DNA from: Phoronis australis
Lineage: Eukaryota > Animalia > Phoronida
Length of the DNA: 64,000 bases
Assembly: GCA_002633005.1 (NCBI GenBank)
Contig: NMRA01000092.1
Span: 121,115 to 185,114, forward strand
Reading direction: 5' to 3'
Shown here in pieces: positions 39,020 to 53,600 of this stretch. The notes under the pieces are model-generated. The model was not told the DNA's origin. It was given only the letters and a program-made list of their open reading frames with translations, and ran no database searches. The position numbers and the translations under genes were made by a program. Each line of letters starts with the position of its first letter. Within the stretch, counting starts at the first letter, position 1.

Positions 39020-40514
39020 TTGGACGTAATTTCCCAACACGGGAAGAGCTGTCCGTTCGTTAGGGCTGAAACACACGATGAATTGGATTGGTCTGCTGGT
39101 CATTTTATGCGCCGCACAATGCCTAAAGCAGTAAGGAACTGCACAGGAAGTCATTTCTACTCGAAGTAGGGAAAAAGTTCTGAACAATTTTTATTGTAGT
39201 TTAAAGCTAACTGTGATCAATCCATAGAGCATTTAACGTAAACAGTGCTGGTTGAATAACAGGGAACAACCAAGAAAAGACTGCACGGCTCTACGAAAAC
39301 ACTCTGGTCACGTCTTGCTGTGAACATGTAAACTGAGAGACAAGAGCACGCAAGAAAACAATGTGAAAACCCAGCGAAAAATTCTCGTACTTTTGTAATT
39401 TTAATGCCAGTAACATAGGCCCCTAACACCTACCCTCAGAAGATGACCACAACTAACCCACCGGCTTGCGCGAACACTTTTCATTCCAAAATTGCGGGCA
39501 CCCCCATCTCCCTTACAGTATCTTAGATCCGCGAGTGATAAAATGATAAGGCATATGTTTTTGTAAACCAAGTGGAAATGCTGACAATTTTGCATTCTTG
39601 ATATTGGTCAGAGAAGACTGTCTCCGTACATAGAATACAAATTTGAATTCTATGCAGCCTGCTAAACAATGTGGAGACACAGAGAATTGTAAACAATACA
39701 TCCTCCCGAACAATGACAACTTTTTTTGCTATTAACCGGTACCTACACGAAGTTTAGATTATATTACATTACAGTGTAAGATAACCTTCAAGCTCTGGGG
39801 TTTGATAACGATTGTGTCCTGTGAACTTTAAAGAATGTTTCCATCTTTCGATTTTAGGACAAAGTCATCATACTTGTTTTACATCTCCACCTAGTGATTG
39901 TTAACGTAACAATGTTTTGTTGATGCATCACTAGAAATTTCAACAACCAAACTTAATTTTATTTTGAAAAACTTTGATGTCATGTTGAAAGAATACCGAT
40001 TGATTTGCATTAACATTCACTCTATATTCACTCTATAAAGTTTTTAAAATAAAGTGAAAAGTGTATCTTTAATGTTCCAGTCTTAATCAAGTGTACGATA
40101 CGAAAACACAGTCTGCTTACTGCGTTCTAAAATGCAATAGGTGGCGTTCTGAACACGTTATGCATGATTACTGGTCGTGAAAAGCAAAAATGTTAACTCT
40201 TGTCTCAGAATGTACATCTCTTCGGAGACGTCACAGCCTTCGAGGTTTCACGCGTGTATACTTCGAAGTGACACCCATCCCGAACAAACTGTCCTCTTAT
40301 AGGTAGGAAAGGCAGAGTGTGTAGTTGAGTTTGTGTTCAAATGTCAGAAGCTTTTGAGTCGGGCAAGCCAATACACCGTTGTCCACCTGGTGTCAGCAGC
40401 TGCAACCGACTATGTACCATCAACGCTTTGATGGTATTATATCACCCAGTGACAATAGTTTTGGTATATAACAGTGATTAACACTTCTGTAACAAACATG
40501 TGTGAAGCTGTAGG

Positions 40515-40589
40515 TCAAGTGCTTGAAGGATGAGTAGCATTGTGGGTAAATACAGTAGCGTACCACTCTCGAGGAGCAATGTTGCATTT
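40515..40589 (-). CDS. Candidate short second exon of the paraxis gene (KCNIAPREWYATVFTHNATHPSST*)
   Basis: Nearest acceptor actctcttcag| at 40590 gives an 89-nt phase-0 intron; no homology support. Confidence 0.3.
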   Translation of the reverse strand, partial: KCNIAPREWYATVFTHNATHPSST

Positions 40590-40678
40590 CTGAAGAGAGT
40601 CCTTATTTATTTTAACTAACCAGATGTAAAAGGTAGTATTGCTACATGACAATTAGGTATTCAAGATGTTTACCTCAC

Positions 40679-41176
40679 CTGTTTAACTTTAGTAGCACTT
40701 AGGCAAAATGTGCACACAGACCGCGAATTACTGTCCAATCGATTCATAATCGTCTGGTGCTTTAAACATGGTTGTTCAATGCAGTCCATTCCGGCCATCA
40801 AGATCGTATGCAGGTGTGATATATAACTCGTGGCGAGTCTGAGCACTTCGATTTTTGATAGTTTTCTATCCACTGGATCCGTAGGGATGAGCGTGCGCAA
40901 GGTTACAAATGCACTGTTAACGCTGTGTGTGCGATCGCGTTCACGTGCATTTGCAGCCTGACGCTGACGTACTATTGGTACAGCACCGTTGCCGCCTCCT
41001 CCTGGAGGCGTTAGAGGCGCTGTCACGGCTGGTAATGGCAGTACCGTCTTTTCAACTTTGCGGCGTTTTCGGGAGTTTCCTTTCTCTCCTCTGCTGTCGC
41101 GGGACACGTCTGTAGACGAAGACCCATCGCTACAGTCCGAAACATTCCCAATATCATTGTCATTGTGGTCGGCCAT
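40679..41176 (-). CDS. TCF15: Paraxis/scleraxis-family (TCF15/SCX) bHLH transcription factor, exon 1
   Basis: [53 protein letters not shown] bHLH, plus the downstream QPC and CTFCLS motifs typical of paraxis/scleraxis; donor CAG|GTGAGG at 40679/40678. Confidence 0.93.
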
Positions 41177-41398
41177 TTCAGAGTTTGCTGGAAACGCTTA
41201 GCTAACAGGGCGACTTACAAAATACTTGACTCCTGAATGTCTGCCTGAAATTGATGATTTTACAATCGTAAAACAAGCGACAAATGCAGAAGGCGACCAG
41301 TTCAAAGGGTAGAATTTGTTCGAAGGTATCAATTGGCGTGACCATTGTCTCTAACTGCAAAACTTTAAACAGCGCGGTTGGGTTCTCTTCAAAGTTTG

Positions 41399-41629
41399 TT
41401 TATATTTTCGAACTAAATCAAGCTTAATAAAAAAATTCTTCGTCAGAAAAATGTTAAGTTACTTCCGTCACGAATGACGTCAGATTAAGAACACATTGGG
41501 TATTATAGAGACGAACAGACGCTTCAATGAAACATTACTTTTCCGCCCGTGGTGTCTTGCAAAGACTTTGATCAATTCCTTTTTCAAGGGATAAAATTAA
41601 ATAAATCCTCAGGTAAGACGCTGACGTCA
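41399..41629 (-). promoter_or_regulatory. Putative paraxis promoter: TATA box and two perfect CRE palindromes
   Basis: TATAAA on the minus strand at 41404-41399; TGACGTCA at 41475-41482 and 41622-41629; ETS-like ACTTCCG at 41461. Confidence 0.4.
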
Positions 41630-42219
41630 CACGGCATTTTTGTATGTTGGCTATCGGGAGTGTTCATGTATTCATAATACAAAATTTACTCGAGAAGTGT
41701 ATTGATTTGAACCTTTCTTTGGACTTTTTACATTCTGGACAACGGGTCCTATATGATTTCATCTAAAGGAAAAAAATTCGGTCCTACATCTCTACCATTT
41801 TGATTCTTAAAAATTCAGATTAAAAGATTATGATCACCAAGGGACATTTATAAACACAAAAAATCATAAAACAAAAAATCATTATGAAAAGTCGCACAAC
41901 GTTATAACGAAGCACAAACTAGCATCTACGAAATGATGGCACGCGCTCTTTCTACGCGGTGCAAATTTTTCAAGATAAAATAATCTAACTTAAGAATGTG
42001 TAGCTTTGACCTTTCAATTTCCGGAGGAGCACCAACCGAGTGGCAACTACACTGAACTCCACTTTTTATGAGACTGTCATAAAAAACGTAAGATACGCAG
42101 AGCTATAATTTTCGAAATGTGTCAGTTTTAAGTCATTTTCAATTCACGACGCACTGAACATCTTAAAACACTGGAAAAGTATCTTTAAATTACACTACCA
42201 AATTCCTCAATGCTATCAG

Positions 42220-42508
42220 GGGTCTGATTCGTGAAAAGTGACTTATGACAAGATAGAACTTTGCTCATAACGCTCCCCCTTGACAGTTCACAGTTACCAA
42301 AGAAAGGTATAGTCATGTAATTATTTACTCATCACTGACTGGAAATCATTTGCACACCATTTCTCAGTAAGTAGCAGTTATGAGTATATCATCAGATGCA
42401 TTATTCCTTTGCTATAGAGAGTTTTGTCTATTTTTCAGAAATAGTCATGAGGAGCGTAAGACCCAACGTTTTGCCTGAAGCCAAAAATCTCTTTCATGAA
42501 ACAGAGCC
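42220..42508. mobile_element. MITE family C copy
   Basis: GGGTCTGATTCGTGAAAAGTGACTTA...TTTCATGAAACAGAGCC; shares TTTTTCAGAAATAG...CGTAAGACC with the 25.4-kb copy. Confidence 0.65.
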
Positions 42509-42591
42509 TGGATGCATTTAAAGTTGCTATAGACCGCTCTTCCGTCAAAGAAACTTTAATCCCTGGTTTAGATCGCTTAATGTTATAAAAG

Positions 42592-42717
42592 AACTGGTCT
42601 CAGCTTGTTCTCTACTCAGAAGCCAAAATTTTAGTCCGGTCTCAAATCCTAACCTGCCAGTGTTTCTTTAGACCAGAAATCACTTCTAGTCTGAGTAAAG
42701 AACAAGTTGAGACTAGC
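42592..42717. repeat. Inverted repeat, small MITE-like element
   Basis: CTGGTCTCAGCTTGTTCTCTACTCAGA pairs with TCTGAGTAAAGAACAAGTTGAGACTAG. Confidence 0.6.
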
Positions 42718-43304
42718 CTTATTCGCTTGTTTAGTGTCAGTAGATGATGCACAGACCCGGAAATAAGAATAGAAATGCCGTCACACTTTGGGTCCAAAAC
42801 GTCATAATGACGTCCTTTAACAGTAAGTGGTATAAATCCAAGCTTATTTTTTGACAGAAGGAGGTCTTGTAGGGATCATGTAATCCACGATTCTTGTGTT
42901 TTACGCATTTGTGTAAATTTGTTGTAAAGGTGTGTAATTAAATTGCCACGCCCAAACGACGAGTTTTGGCAACACGGGCTTTTAAAGAAGAATTGCATTT
43001 TAAGATTATTGCACATAAAATATAGCAGCTTTAAACATAAATATCTTACCTTTTGTCACATGTGGTAGAGTCTTGAGATCAACAGTCGTAAAAGGCTCAT
43101 TTTACCAAACCTGAAACGTAAACAGCAACATGTTAGGCCTACAGTAATTTCTTGCTGTTCAGAATTTAACGCCGTTGAACTAAGCTACTCTCGAGAAAAA
43201 CTAGCGTGATCAGATATATCCGTAGTAATACACGGTGGTTGCTCTGGAACACTTTTGTGATCTCTCTGTACTCTCAAGAAAGTTGTTCTACGACACGCAG
43301 CCCC

Positions 43305-43459
43305 GGCGTGCGTTCAGTAGACGCTAGGACCTACGCTAGGACCTAGCTAAAACCTAGTCAAAGTCACGTGTTCTTATTCAAAATACACGGCGAAATCTCA
43401 CGTATTCTCGCGAAGTCTTGTTTTTTTAGCGAGGTCCTAGCGTTACTGAACGGGAGGCC
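43305..43459 (+). mobile_element. MITE family D copy
   Basis: GGCGTGCGTTCAGTAGACGCTAGGACCT / AGGTCCTAGCGTTACTGAACGGGAGGCC. Confidence 0.8.
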
Positions 43460-46400
43460 GGTCTTTACATTACTTCCGAAGATGCGGGCACCATGAGAAA
43501 ATTTATATGCTGCGATTCCTGATACCTGGCGGTAAAGACTTCGTTGTCCTTCATAGATCGTAGCTCGCAACCTCGCTGCCTATGAACCTGACTGTATTCA
43601 TGCAATGCGCAATGGTGGAGGTAACACTTGTTTTGATCTACATAACAGCATTAAAAATCACAGCGATGAATGAATTAATTAAGATATGTTTCCATTAAAG
43701 TGTATGTTGAAGACCACTTTGATGCTACGCCATTACTTCAGTCTCAGCATCCAGGTTCAATCACTTCGTTGAAAAGAATTTTTAAACACAATTTATTTTA
43801 TAACTGGATCAAAATAATAAAGTGAATTTCCAACCGCGTAGAAATAGATGAAATAGTTGATGAATACATTATAAAGACTCCGCCTGTCACTGTCACCTCT
43901 TTCCCTCACACGCTAAATCTGAGGTCTGTTTTATAAAAAGCGACTTTAAGTAAAAATTTCGTTTTTCGTTCCATAGAGCAACTTCGAAAAATAGCTATAA
44001 CTTCAACAAAGTATGAAGCCACTGAGAAAACACCCATGATTGCTGTATAGTCAGATAATTCGATCACAAACCTCTGATATCTGCTAAAATTTAGGGGAAA
44101 TTTCATTTAGTAATTGCAAAGAAAAAACGTCTGAGTTCAGATTTAAAGATACATTTACCAATTTAGAACACAGGGGGAGTTTCGTCAGTCAAAAGATATT
44201 AGTAAAATACAAAAATTCAACCCTGTTTGTGTTTGCTTTATTTTACTATAATATTTCGTTTTTTAAGTGGGCGGGGGTACCTCGGGAACCTCATTGAGTT
44301 GAGCGAGTACCCATAATGCACGAGTCAGCCCTCACTCACTACCACGACCATCTTAGGTGGTGGAGAGCCACCAAAATAAAAATTAAACTAAAAATGATGT
44401 TAAATTCAGATAAGTTTGAAAATATTAGAAAAACTGTTGAATGAACATCATTTGGGCTTCAGTTTCAACTGAGGTAATTTGCGTTAAAATCCGTTCTATG
44501 AACTTTTAACTGAAATGAAGCGAAACAAGTATCTTTAAACTACTTTCTTAAGTCTCGAAAAACTGCGTGAAGTAAGTTTCCCTACTAATGGGTGGATTTC
44601 CCAACATATTTTAATAATGGTTCTCGAAAAGTTAAGAAAGAACGGTCAATCAAGTTGTTTCTATCTGTCTGTTATGGTTCTGGGAACTCCACAGCCGTTG
44701 AAAAATAACGTAGCCTCGTTCTCAATAACAAAGATCCATTTTTAGGATTTAAAATGGCCTTTTCATTGAATTTACGTGAGATTCCAAAACAGTCCATTCG
44801 ATAAATAAACATAAAATGGTCACTAAGGAAGCACTTTTGCTAATTTTCATACCGTTATCGCTGTTAGGAATAACAGACTAAGCATAGTGTGTGCAACTGA
44901 GTACACAAATTATAATTACATTTTAAACCTCAGTTTCACCACAGACACAGTGTCTCCGTTTCTATAGGTTCGCTACTGCATGCTGTGGATGAATAGAACG
45001 CTTTGTTAATAATTAACAACTATTGGAAAAACACCAGTTTGATACCAGCTCTTATGACTGATTTTGAGACAAACGTTGTCTGAAAATACAACTCTTGCGC
45101 TCTAAATTTTCTAAATTTTTCGTTCTGACCTGTGGCGTCTTCTTGGACACCTGGCTTAAAATGAGGTCACGTTATAAAAACCGAACCACGGAGAACTGTT
45201 CCTCTACATTACTAATGGGTTTTTACATCACAGTGGTAAGCGTGCGAGAACCGCTGCCAGTTGCTCTCTGACGTGTAAATGGCCAACTGCGAAATATAGA
45301 TTGGAAAAACTAAGGTTCAGTAATTTCTCGCCACCGACACATTGTTAATCAAGATAGCCTCAAGGTAGCGATTCCGTAAAATAAGTATTCCATAACTACC
45401 GAGTGGTTTGAACGACTGTAATCGCAGCTACAGTAACTCATAGCCTGTAAGGTATACTCAGTGCTGCTTCGGCGGGTCAAAAATGGCCAACTAAGTTCAA
45501 AGATAAAATGAGAATGAAGCGGGTTATTAAAAAAATGAAAAACCCCCGTTATGTCCAAGAAGCGAACCTTTAGAGCTATAAAATTATTCTGAACTCGTTT
45601 CTTTGGCTGGCAATTCGCTATTTCTTCATGAGACCTTGCTCAAGATCGTCACATAAAACATCACGCCGTAACAAGCTAACTTACAGAGCCTAATGTCTAG
45701 CAATAACGAATTTTTGAATCCCTGAAGTTACCTCCAGTTTGGAGGAACAATTTAAAATTAATTTCATAACGGGGAAATGGCCAGTCTAAATTAAAGTTGT
45801 TTTTTGTGATACCATGGCGTGTTCACAGACGATTTAAGGAGAAGGTAACGACACCCATGAGCTCCACTCCAACCACAGTATAGCTATACAAAACAAGAGG
45901 AATGAACTTGTCTTAGTGCACGACTCGATTTTTGTGACCGACGCAAAATGAATCAAAACATTAGACACTCGCCTTTGTTTGTGTGAAACAGGATGTCCCA
46001 GGGTAATAATCATATTACCTGAACAGCACTCAATATAACTTTAAATTCTTAAAAGAAAATTCTAGAGGACCATGAGCCAAATGTAGGCTACAAAACAATC
46101 ATTTGCCAAATGAAAGCTAACCTTGGAACTACCAAGCGGTGCATGCTGGAGGGTAACACTCGTAAAAGTCTGTGCTTACAGTCTCTGTACGTTACACACG
46201 TAGGCCTACCCACCCGTTTTGGTTCGTCTGTAAAACACCCCACTAACAAAGACTGGCTAGAGTTGAAAGGACAATACCACAAGAGGAGGCCATGTCAAGA
46301 TGCTGATTACTCTGGACATCATTCGAAAGTAACACTATCTAGTGAAACAACTCTTAATTGCTCCCATACAACCGTGTTGAAGGGCATTTCTATCCCCTTG

Positions 46401-47593
46401 CACCAAATTTAAGGGATGTTTATGTCCCGTGTGTTTTCCAACGTGCACGAGAATTTTGTTGATGTTTAGATTCTTTGGTTTCAATAACAAATCTTTCTAT
46501 CAAGTCTTTGCCTCTGACGTTGTAACATATTTGGGTTAAACTGAGTAGCGACCCCGACTCTGTTTCCATAAGTAAATTGAGCAGCGAAATGAGGCTACTG
46601 CTCGATATCTCACTTACATTTGAAACTATGCCAAATTGTAAATGCTTATAAAAAATGGAAATAATAAATCTATGGTATTAGCTGACTGCTATGTTTGTCA
46701 ATCGTGACATTATTGACCTATGCCCTGTATTAAATTTTTACGGTCGTCGTGATTTTCGTGAAGCCCTTCGTACCAGAAGCAAGGACCAACAGTAAGCGGT
46801 CAATATAAACTACAAAGGTGATAGTTTACAGATAGAGCTTTCAAGGAAAAAAGCGGAGTGCAAAACCGTAGAACCTCCGACCGAGAATAATCCCATTCTA
46901 TGAATCACGTGTGTCTGCGAGACTTACCAAATGGACGCTGTATTGCTGTAAAACGCACGGAAACCTCGGTCCCATGGCAATGTGTAGTTTGTCCATTCAT
47001 TCAGGTATCGTCGAATTTTCCCAAGACATTTTATAGTGTTACAGCTTACCGCAACGCAAAACACGAACCAAGTAATTCGTGGTAATGTACAGAAATACAG
47101 CAAGACACCGTGAAGTTTCTTGTAGGTGGTACCGTGGAATTCTAGGGAGAACATTCGAGAAACGACGCAGAGAACAAAACCCCGCGTATTGCCGTAGATA
47201 AAACCTCTTTTAGATATAAAGAGCATGCGTTTTTGTGTGAGAGTATTCGCTAAAAATGAATTATTTGTACGATTTCGATAAAAAAGAATACTCAGAAACG
47301 CGAATTTTCTTAATTAACGCCCCCCCTAAACCTAGTGTTTACAAGACGCATAGTGACACTGTAACGATGCATTCTTCTGAAACATAATGTTCACACAAAC
47401 TACGCGTTACACTCCGCATGTGTCACGATTGGGTCAAAAATCTACTTCTAGGAGAAGCAGGAATAATTCTGAGGGACGAGAGTTTAGTAAGTACCGTGTG
47501 ACAAGCCAGTAACGGGTTTCATACTCTAGTGGGTGATGTTCGTTTGTGAAAATAGGGTGTGTTACCGCTGGCAATGAGCTGATATTAAACCCG

Positions 47594-47683
47594 AGGGTGT
47601 ATTTTCAAAAAAGACACATTTTTACCTTTCTGGTTCCGCAAGGGTGTATTTTCAGAAAACGAAAATTTTTACCTTTCTGGTAC
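47594..47683. repeat. 47-bp tandem duplication
   Basis: AGGGTGTATTTTCA...ATTTTTACCTTTCTGGT starts at 47594 and again at 47641. Confidence 0.8.
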
Positions 47684-50600
47684 TCCAAAAACGGGAGGCT
47701 TACAAAAGGAAACGCATAGGCGGTGGCGGGTGGTTATCTAGTTGTAAATTTATTCATTGGCGGACTGAATAATCAAAACGGGTATTTACAACAAATGACT
47801 GACTTGATAATTGGCTGTGAACGTGAGTAACAACGATTCATAAACTGAGAAATTATGTTCGTGATTCCAAAAATAGGCCTACGGCGTACATGCACATTTG
47901 GAGGAGGGGGGGAGGGGTGGCGAATTGCGGAAATTCCCGGAAGTGTTTTACCATGATCATTATTCTTCTTATTTTCATTTCGTTTTTTGTTCTCATGTGC
48001 ATAGTAATATAACAAGGCGGTACATCACTTAATCAGTTCTCATCAAAATCTGACACCAAATACCTGATAATATCAGTGTGATAACTGACTATCCGCGGAA
48101 ACATCTTGCAAAATACATAAGGCATGACATTAAAGAAATCAAACAGTATAAAATGAAATGAAAACAACAGCTGCAGATAGCAATTAGACCGTGAATGTAC
48201 TGGGTAATAAATTAGTGAGTTTGAATTAACACCCGATGGATGGGCCGCCTGTTATCTGACAAATGTTTTTCAAATATTGATGGCAATTCCAACTAGGATA
48301 TGTTCTCTTTTAACATGAGCATCCGGTAATCACCCTTAATGAATATTCTACGTAGCATTTAATCACCAAAGGCTTGGGAAGGTAAATGCTGTGCCCACCA
48401 AAAATCTCTTCAAGAGATTCGAGTTAAGACTAGTACGACATACGTAATCTCGTACCCAAAATTCATCTACATAGTCCAGCAAGTAATTCTCGTCACATAC
48501 CACCACAAATTTGCCAGATGTCTAAAAAATATTTTGTCACTTCAGTGCAAAACAATAAAAAATATTATCTACATTTACTTAAACGTTAATCTGTCTGAGT
48601 TGTTGTTTCAAAATAATAAAACGTTTTATCTGTTATTACAAAAATGTAACATCTGATTAGAAAAGATAAGCAAATAAGATTCTCCATGAAAATATCAACC
48701 AAAATGCATGACTTGGCAAACAGTTTGAATAAATTAACAGTTTTTCACATTTGTTATTGCCAGCACTGCGTTGATATGACGACCATTTCCGTTACGGAAT
48801 GTGGAATAATTACGCTCACATGTAAGACAATTTATTGTTATCAAGCCAAATTACAATTTGTGGGCCGACTGTTGGCGATGATGTCGCAGAAGGGCAGATT
48901 ATTTTCTAATGTCTTCAATAGCCATGGTGCATCTTTATTCATTAATTAATTTCTGTGTTAAGATGAGACTATAAAATTTATGATGTACTGTTATCCATTC
49001 AGGAGGAGATAGTATCTGTTTTGCGTATTTCTAGATAAGGTGAACAAATTTTCGTGTAAAAGTGTTATACATTATTGTTCTTTTTCTATTACAAAAAGCC
49101 ACCCAACCAGAGAAAAAAATCTTGTGCAAAATACACAGTGCAGACAAAGCTGACATAGTTTTCAAAAACAATAGAACAATTACCAATGCTGCGTTCTGTA
49201 GCCCCACAGCACTCGGGAGAAAAGACGGTGTGATCAAGCCGGTTACTTCTAATACTTGGCTATGTCTCGCAAAAACTTGCGAGATCTTTTTGTGTCTACA
49301 GATCACAATCCAGGGGTTGTCTTAAAGTGGCATTTCCTTTCCACTACTTACTACTTTAAGACACTCTTTCCTTTATTGATCCAGGATAGAGCACAAAGAA
49401 AGTTTCTTCAATCGAGGGACATCCATAAAATAAGAACATTTCGTTAATTATAGTCCTCAGTCATTTCAACGTTGTTGTTTTACTGGCAATTCACAAGAAG
49501 TGAAGTTCATTGCCGTTCAACAGAGTAGCGAGATTGCCTGAAGTTGCATTCTGTCCCACATTGTTGACCTATACTTATTGTCGATGTTCTTCGTGGCAAC
49601 TGAACTAAAGTCTTCTTATCGAAAGTCAGGAAATTTCTACACCTATTTTGTTTTAACGAAAGGAAACACAGTTAAAACATTCAGTAGAAACGCCGTTTTT
49701 TGACATATTCGTCAAAATTTGTTCCCATTATTATAATTTCTAAGCGTGAGCACATATGTATCTAGACATTATTAAAACTATCCACACATTTTTGAGGCCA
49801 CGGGTGTTAAAGGGACATAATCGCTTTTACAGCCCAAACGCATGTTGTGATTATTGTTGGAGGGGATAGACTTGGTGAAGTTATTAAGCTTTGACCAAAG
49901 CTGTAGAGTAAGACAATGCGTTGTGTTTTTTTCATGATTCTATTCCAAATCGACAATTCTGACCATTGTCTGCCAGTTATTTGCTAAAATTGAGCGCACT
50001 AGATTTAAATGCGCTTGAGTGGAGACGGAACGCACATGTATGAAAAATACCTTTTACACAGAAGTTGTCGAAATTAATGCTCATTTCAACTTGAGTGAGA
50101 ACTCCCGGAAAAAACTGCAAATACTCTCGAAACAAAAGCTTGTGGTTACCACATCTTCTCTCACGCTGGTGATATAAGCGCGCATGCGCTTACATCATTG
50201 CATTTTCTGGCAAAGTCGCCATATTTTTGTTTTCCAGTCAATATCGCATTTCCAAATAAGAAGATTGTGTGTGTTGCATTATCGGACGAAACTGCCGAAG
50301 TGCGTTTCGCAGATGTGAGAACCTTGCGAAAACGCAAGATCACGCAAGACTTCGTGAGATATCGCCAAGCACGTGATCACGCTAGCTTCCTTCTCGAGAT
50401 TCTTGCTTTTACGGAATCCAGCTCAGGCCTGAGTTCTGTAGACGCAGTAATCTCGCGAAGGAACTATCGATACTTCACGTTTTTCGCTTATCTCGCGTGA
50501 CTAGAGTTTTTGCAACACATCCCATATCGTTTTTTTTTGAAATTTGAAACCAAACGAAAAATGTTTTTGCCGCATGGAGATTCTCAATTAATACGAACTG

Positions 50601-53600
50601 GCATTGGTATCAAATTAATTGCCAGGCAAATATTTTGAATGACATAAATTTGAGCCGTTAGTACGGTTCAAGTCATTTAAAAATACTATCGAGAGGGTTT
50701 TGCTTCGCTAGCAAAGAGTCGGACAGTCACCGCTCAGTGAGGTCATGGGTTCGCATCCGTTTTAGGCTGATCTAAACAGAAAAACACTTTTCGCGTCGAT
50801 TGTGTGTCACTCCAAGATTCGGTCACCTGGTACCAATGCGCAAGACTATGTCTGAATGTTTACATGTATAGGTATTCGCGCAGTATAGTTTACCTTAATT
50901 GAAATTTCGTGTTTTTATGAACACGGATTGTTTACAATATGTATATTCCCTTCTTAAGACTAAACAGTCATTCTTTGGAGTGCAGTGGGCGTCACTGTTT
51001 GTTTTATCAGGAAGAGATTGACACATTTCAAATATACACTGTAAACCGAAAGCTTGGAATAATTCACAACCAGTCTTTATTATGTTTTAATGCCCTAAGT
51101 ACTCAGCAGATGTGCGGTGATTCACAAATTAAGACCCATTTACTGGGGACCGAACTCGAGAAGGAATGTCTGCCTGTAGCTTACACGTTTTTTGATGAGT
51201 TTCAAACAAACTAAACGGATCAACTGATTCGTAGCGACCTAGTTGAGAGGAACAAAAAGAACCGCCACGCTGAGTCTGAATTGTATCCAGGCGCAAAGCG
51301 TACTTTCTGTTTTAAATTGTTCGCAGTGATAAACGGATACCCACTGCACATACATACAGTGGAATAAAGACAAATTCACAGCGGTGTGGGATGTGGCACC
51401 TAACTGTTGATTTGCAAGGCTTATGCCCACTTAGTAGCTGAAATGGGTGATTTGTAGGGCAGCAATGGGATCAAACGGAGAGAAATTGTCAAAAAGGAGG
51501 TAATTTCGAACTTTGTAGCGGTGATACTGGTGGCGACGGGAGGTAGGGGGATAGCGTTGGGGAAATTGGTAATTGTACAAGTCTTGGCGACCAGTGGGGA
51601 CGTAATGTGGTGGCGAGCGGTGACACAGAAAGTGGTGATAGAAATAACCCCAGACTGTGGCGGTATATCTTATGGATCTGAAATCATGAAAACAACAACA
51701 ATGATGACGACGACCAAGTACATTTCTCACAATATCAAGACATCTTTACACGCTTTTGTTGTTATGATTCTGTATAACTCCGAACACAATTTTTGAAAAA
51801 CAATACCGCATCCCTTATACTCGCTCTTGATGACATCAGAGGCGCATATCACGACCAAAGGGCAGGTACACTTTATGCACAAAAGCGGCCAAGCAGGGAG
51901 GAGTCTTTGCTCGATTGCATGAAACAGTCCGGCCAAATAGAGACTCAGCTATGTTCTTCTGCGAACTTGAGTAGTTCTTTACCCCAAGGTGTTACCTATT
52001 TCAATCATTTCATCTTTACTACGAGCTTCTCGCTGACTAATGACAATTTCTTGTAATAATATTACTAAAAACTGAGGTCTTATTTCGATGAAAATAAATA
52101 GGAATTTGGTCCTTAAATTAGGACGATGCATGAAAAAGTCTCAGCTGATGTTCAATGAAATTACGAATTTAACGTAGTGTTCGCTCTCGATTTGTATCAA
52201 AGCCAAAACATTGACTCAAAAATAAAATTAAAACATCGCAAAAAAGGACAATCAGTGTTCCACTAGTCCACAAATATTCAGAATTTGGAATCTTTAATGT
52301 CTATTTGGAATGGTTTCATGAAGCAAGATACTGGGCCTCCTAATGGATCCACCCCTGATCAATGCGTAATCACTCTTCACTAGAATTTAATTAGTCATTA
52401 GAACGGTCAAATTTTTTCCCTAAATTACCAGGATATTTGGTGGAGTTGTGTATTATTTGTGACAAGTTAATTTGACAAATCGTCTCACTAGAAAACGTGT
52501 GTGTGTCTTGAATTACGATAAAGAAAAATATGCTTCTTCAAGATTTAAATTGTAATTGAATGCCTTGTAGTCAATCATTTTCGGCTCAATAATTTTTCGC
52601 CTGTTCAGCATTGAATTTTGTTATTTTTAGAATTGTAATCTGAAAGTATTTAAACTGTTTTGAAAACGATTTTTCATTCTCCATTTTGTGGCTTAAAATT
52701 GTTAGCATTTCAAATAAACATCTGAAGCAGAATGTTAGTCAAAAAGAATACCATAGTGACCAATTTTTCAAGATGTTGATTTTCTAAGATCCGCTTCACT
52801 CCATGTTGAACTTGAACCCGATTTTAAAAAAAAATTTCTCACAGAGAAGATATGAACAAGAACTTACCTTACTAAAACAGTATACTTTTACATTGAACAC
52901 GTTCTTCGGCGTTTTTCGAAAAGCCGTTTCACCACTTCGGAGTTCTCACTTGTGGGTCATCGATAGATTTCGCAGGGTTTAACTCGTTCGATAACCTGAA
53001 GGATCGCTATTTTCAATGTCTGGAGTGTCTTCCAGAATACGAAGCTACGACTGAGTTGTAACTGCAAAGAAACCGGCCGATGTCATGTCACTTGTTGATC
53101 GCCGGTACTGCAGTAATCAAACCTCCGTCGCGCGTGTGCCTTATGAAAGTGACACTTTAATCACAGTAGTATTGGCAAACGTGTTGACACAGCAAAGATT
53201 GATTGCTTCTACATCTGTCGCTATAGACCCCAGGTGGATAGACCGCTCTGATGCAAAGGTGAACTTTCCTGGGAAAGTCTATTCCTCCAAGACACGGCCC
53301 TCACGACAGCAAAATATTTTTGTTGTCCGTTCAAACAAATGTAATTACTCGGCAATTTTTGGATGGGAAATAACTTCTCAAATAAGCCGTGGAAACAGAA
53401 AATTTGTGAACAGGTTGTACGGAAACGGAGGCAAGCGCCAAAATGTACGTGTGAAGCAGCAACGGTGCGCTTCATAGATTGTGCCTTCTAGCATTCTTAG
53501 GTTTTATTTTCTTGCAGTTTTTTGTTTTTGATTTTTGTTGTTAGTTATGTTGGACCCTAGAAAAAATGTCCAAATTTGGCTAGCTTCTCAGCATTGTATG

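Noticed and set aside
50700-50770. tRNA gene candidates (also 12490-12550, 35500-35550, 61670-61720, 62560-62605)
   Set aside because: Only B-box-like fragments with no full cloverleaf; probably decayed SINE heads.
51431-52056. Gly-rich or otherwise coding-looking ORF cluster
   Set aside because: Frames are interrupted by stops, with no consistent splice structure and no recognisable domain.
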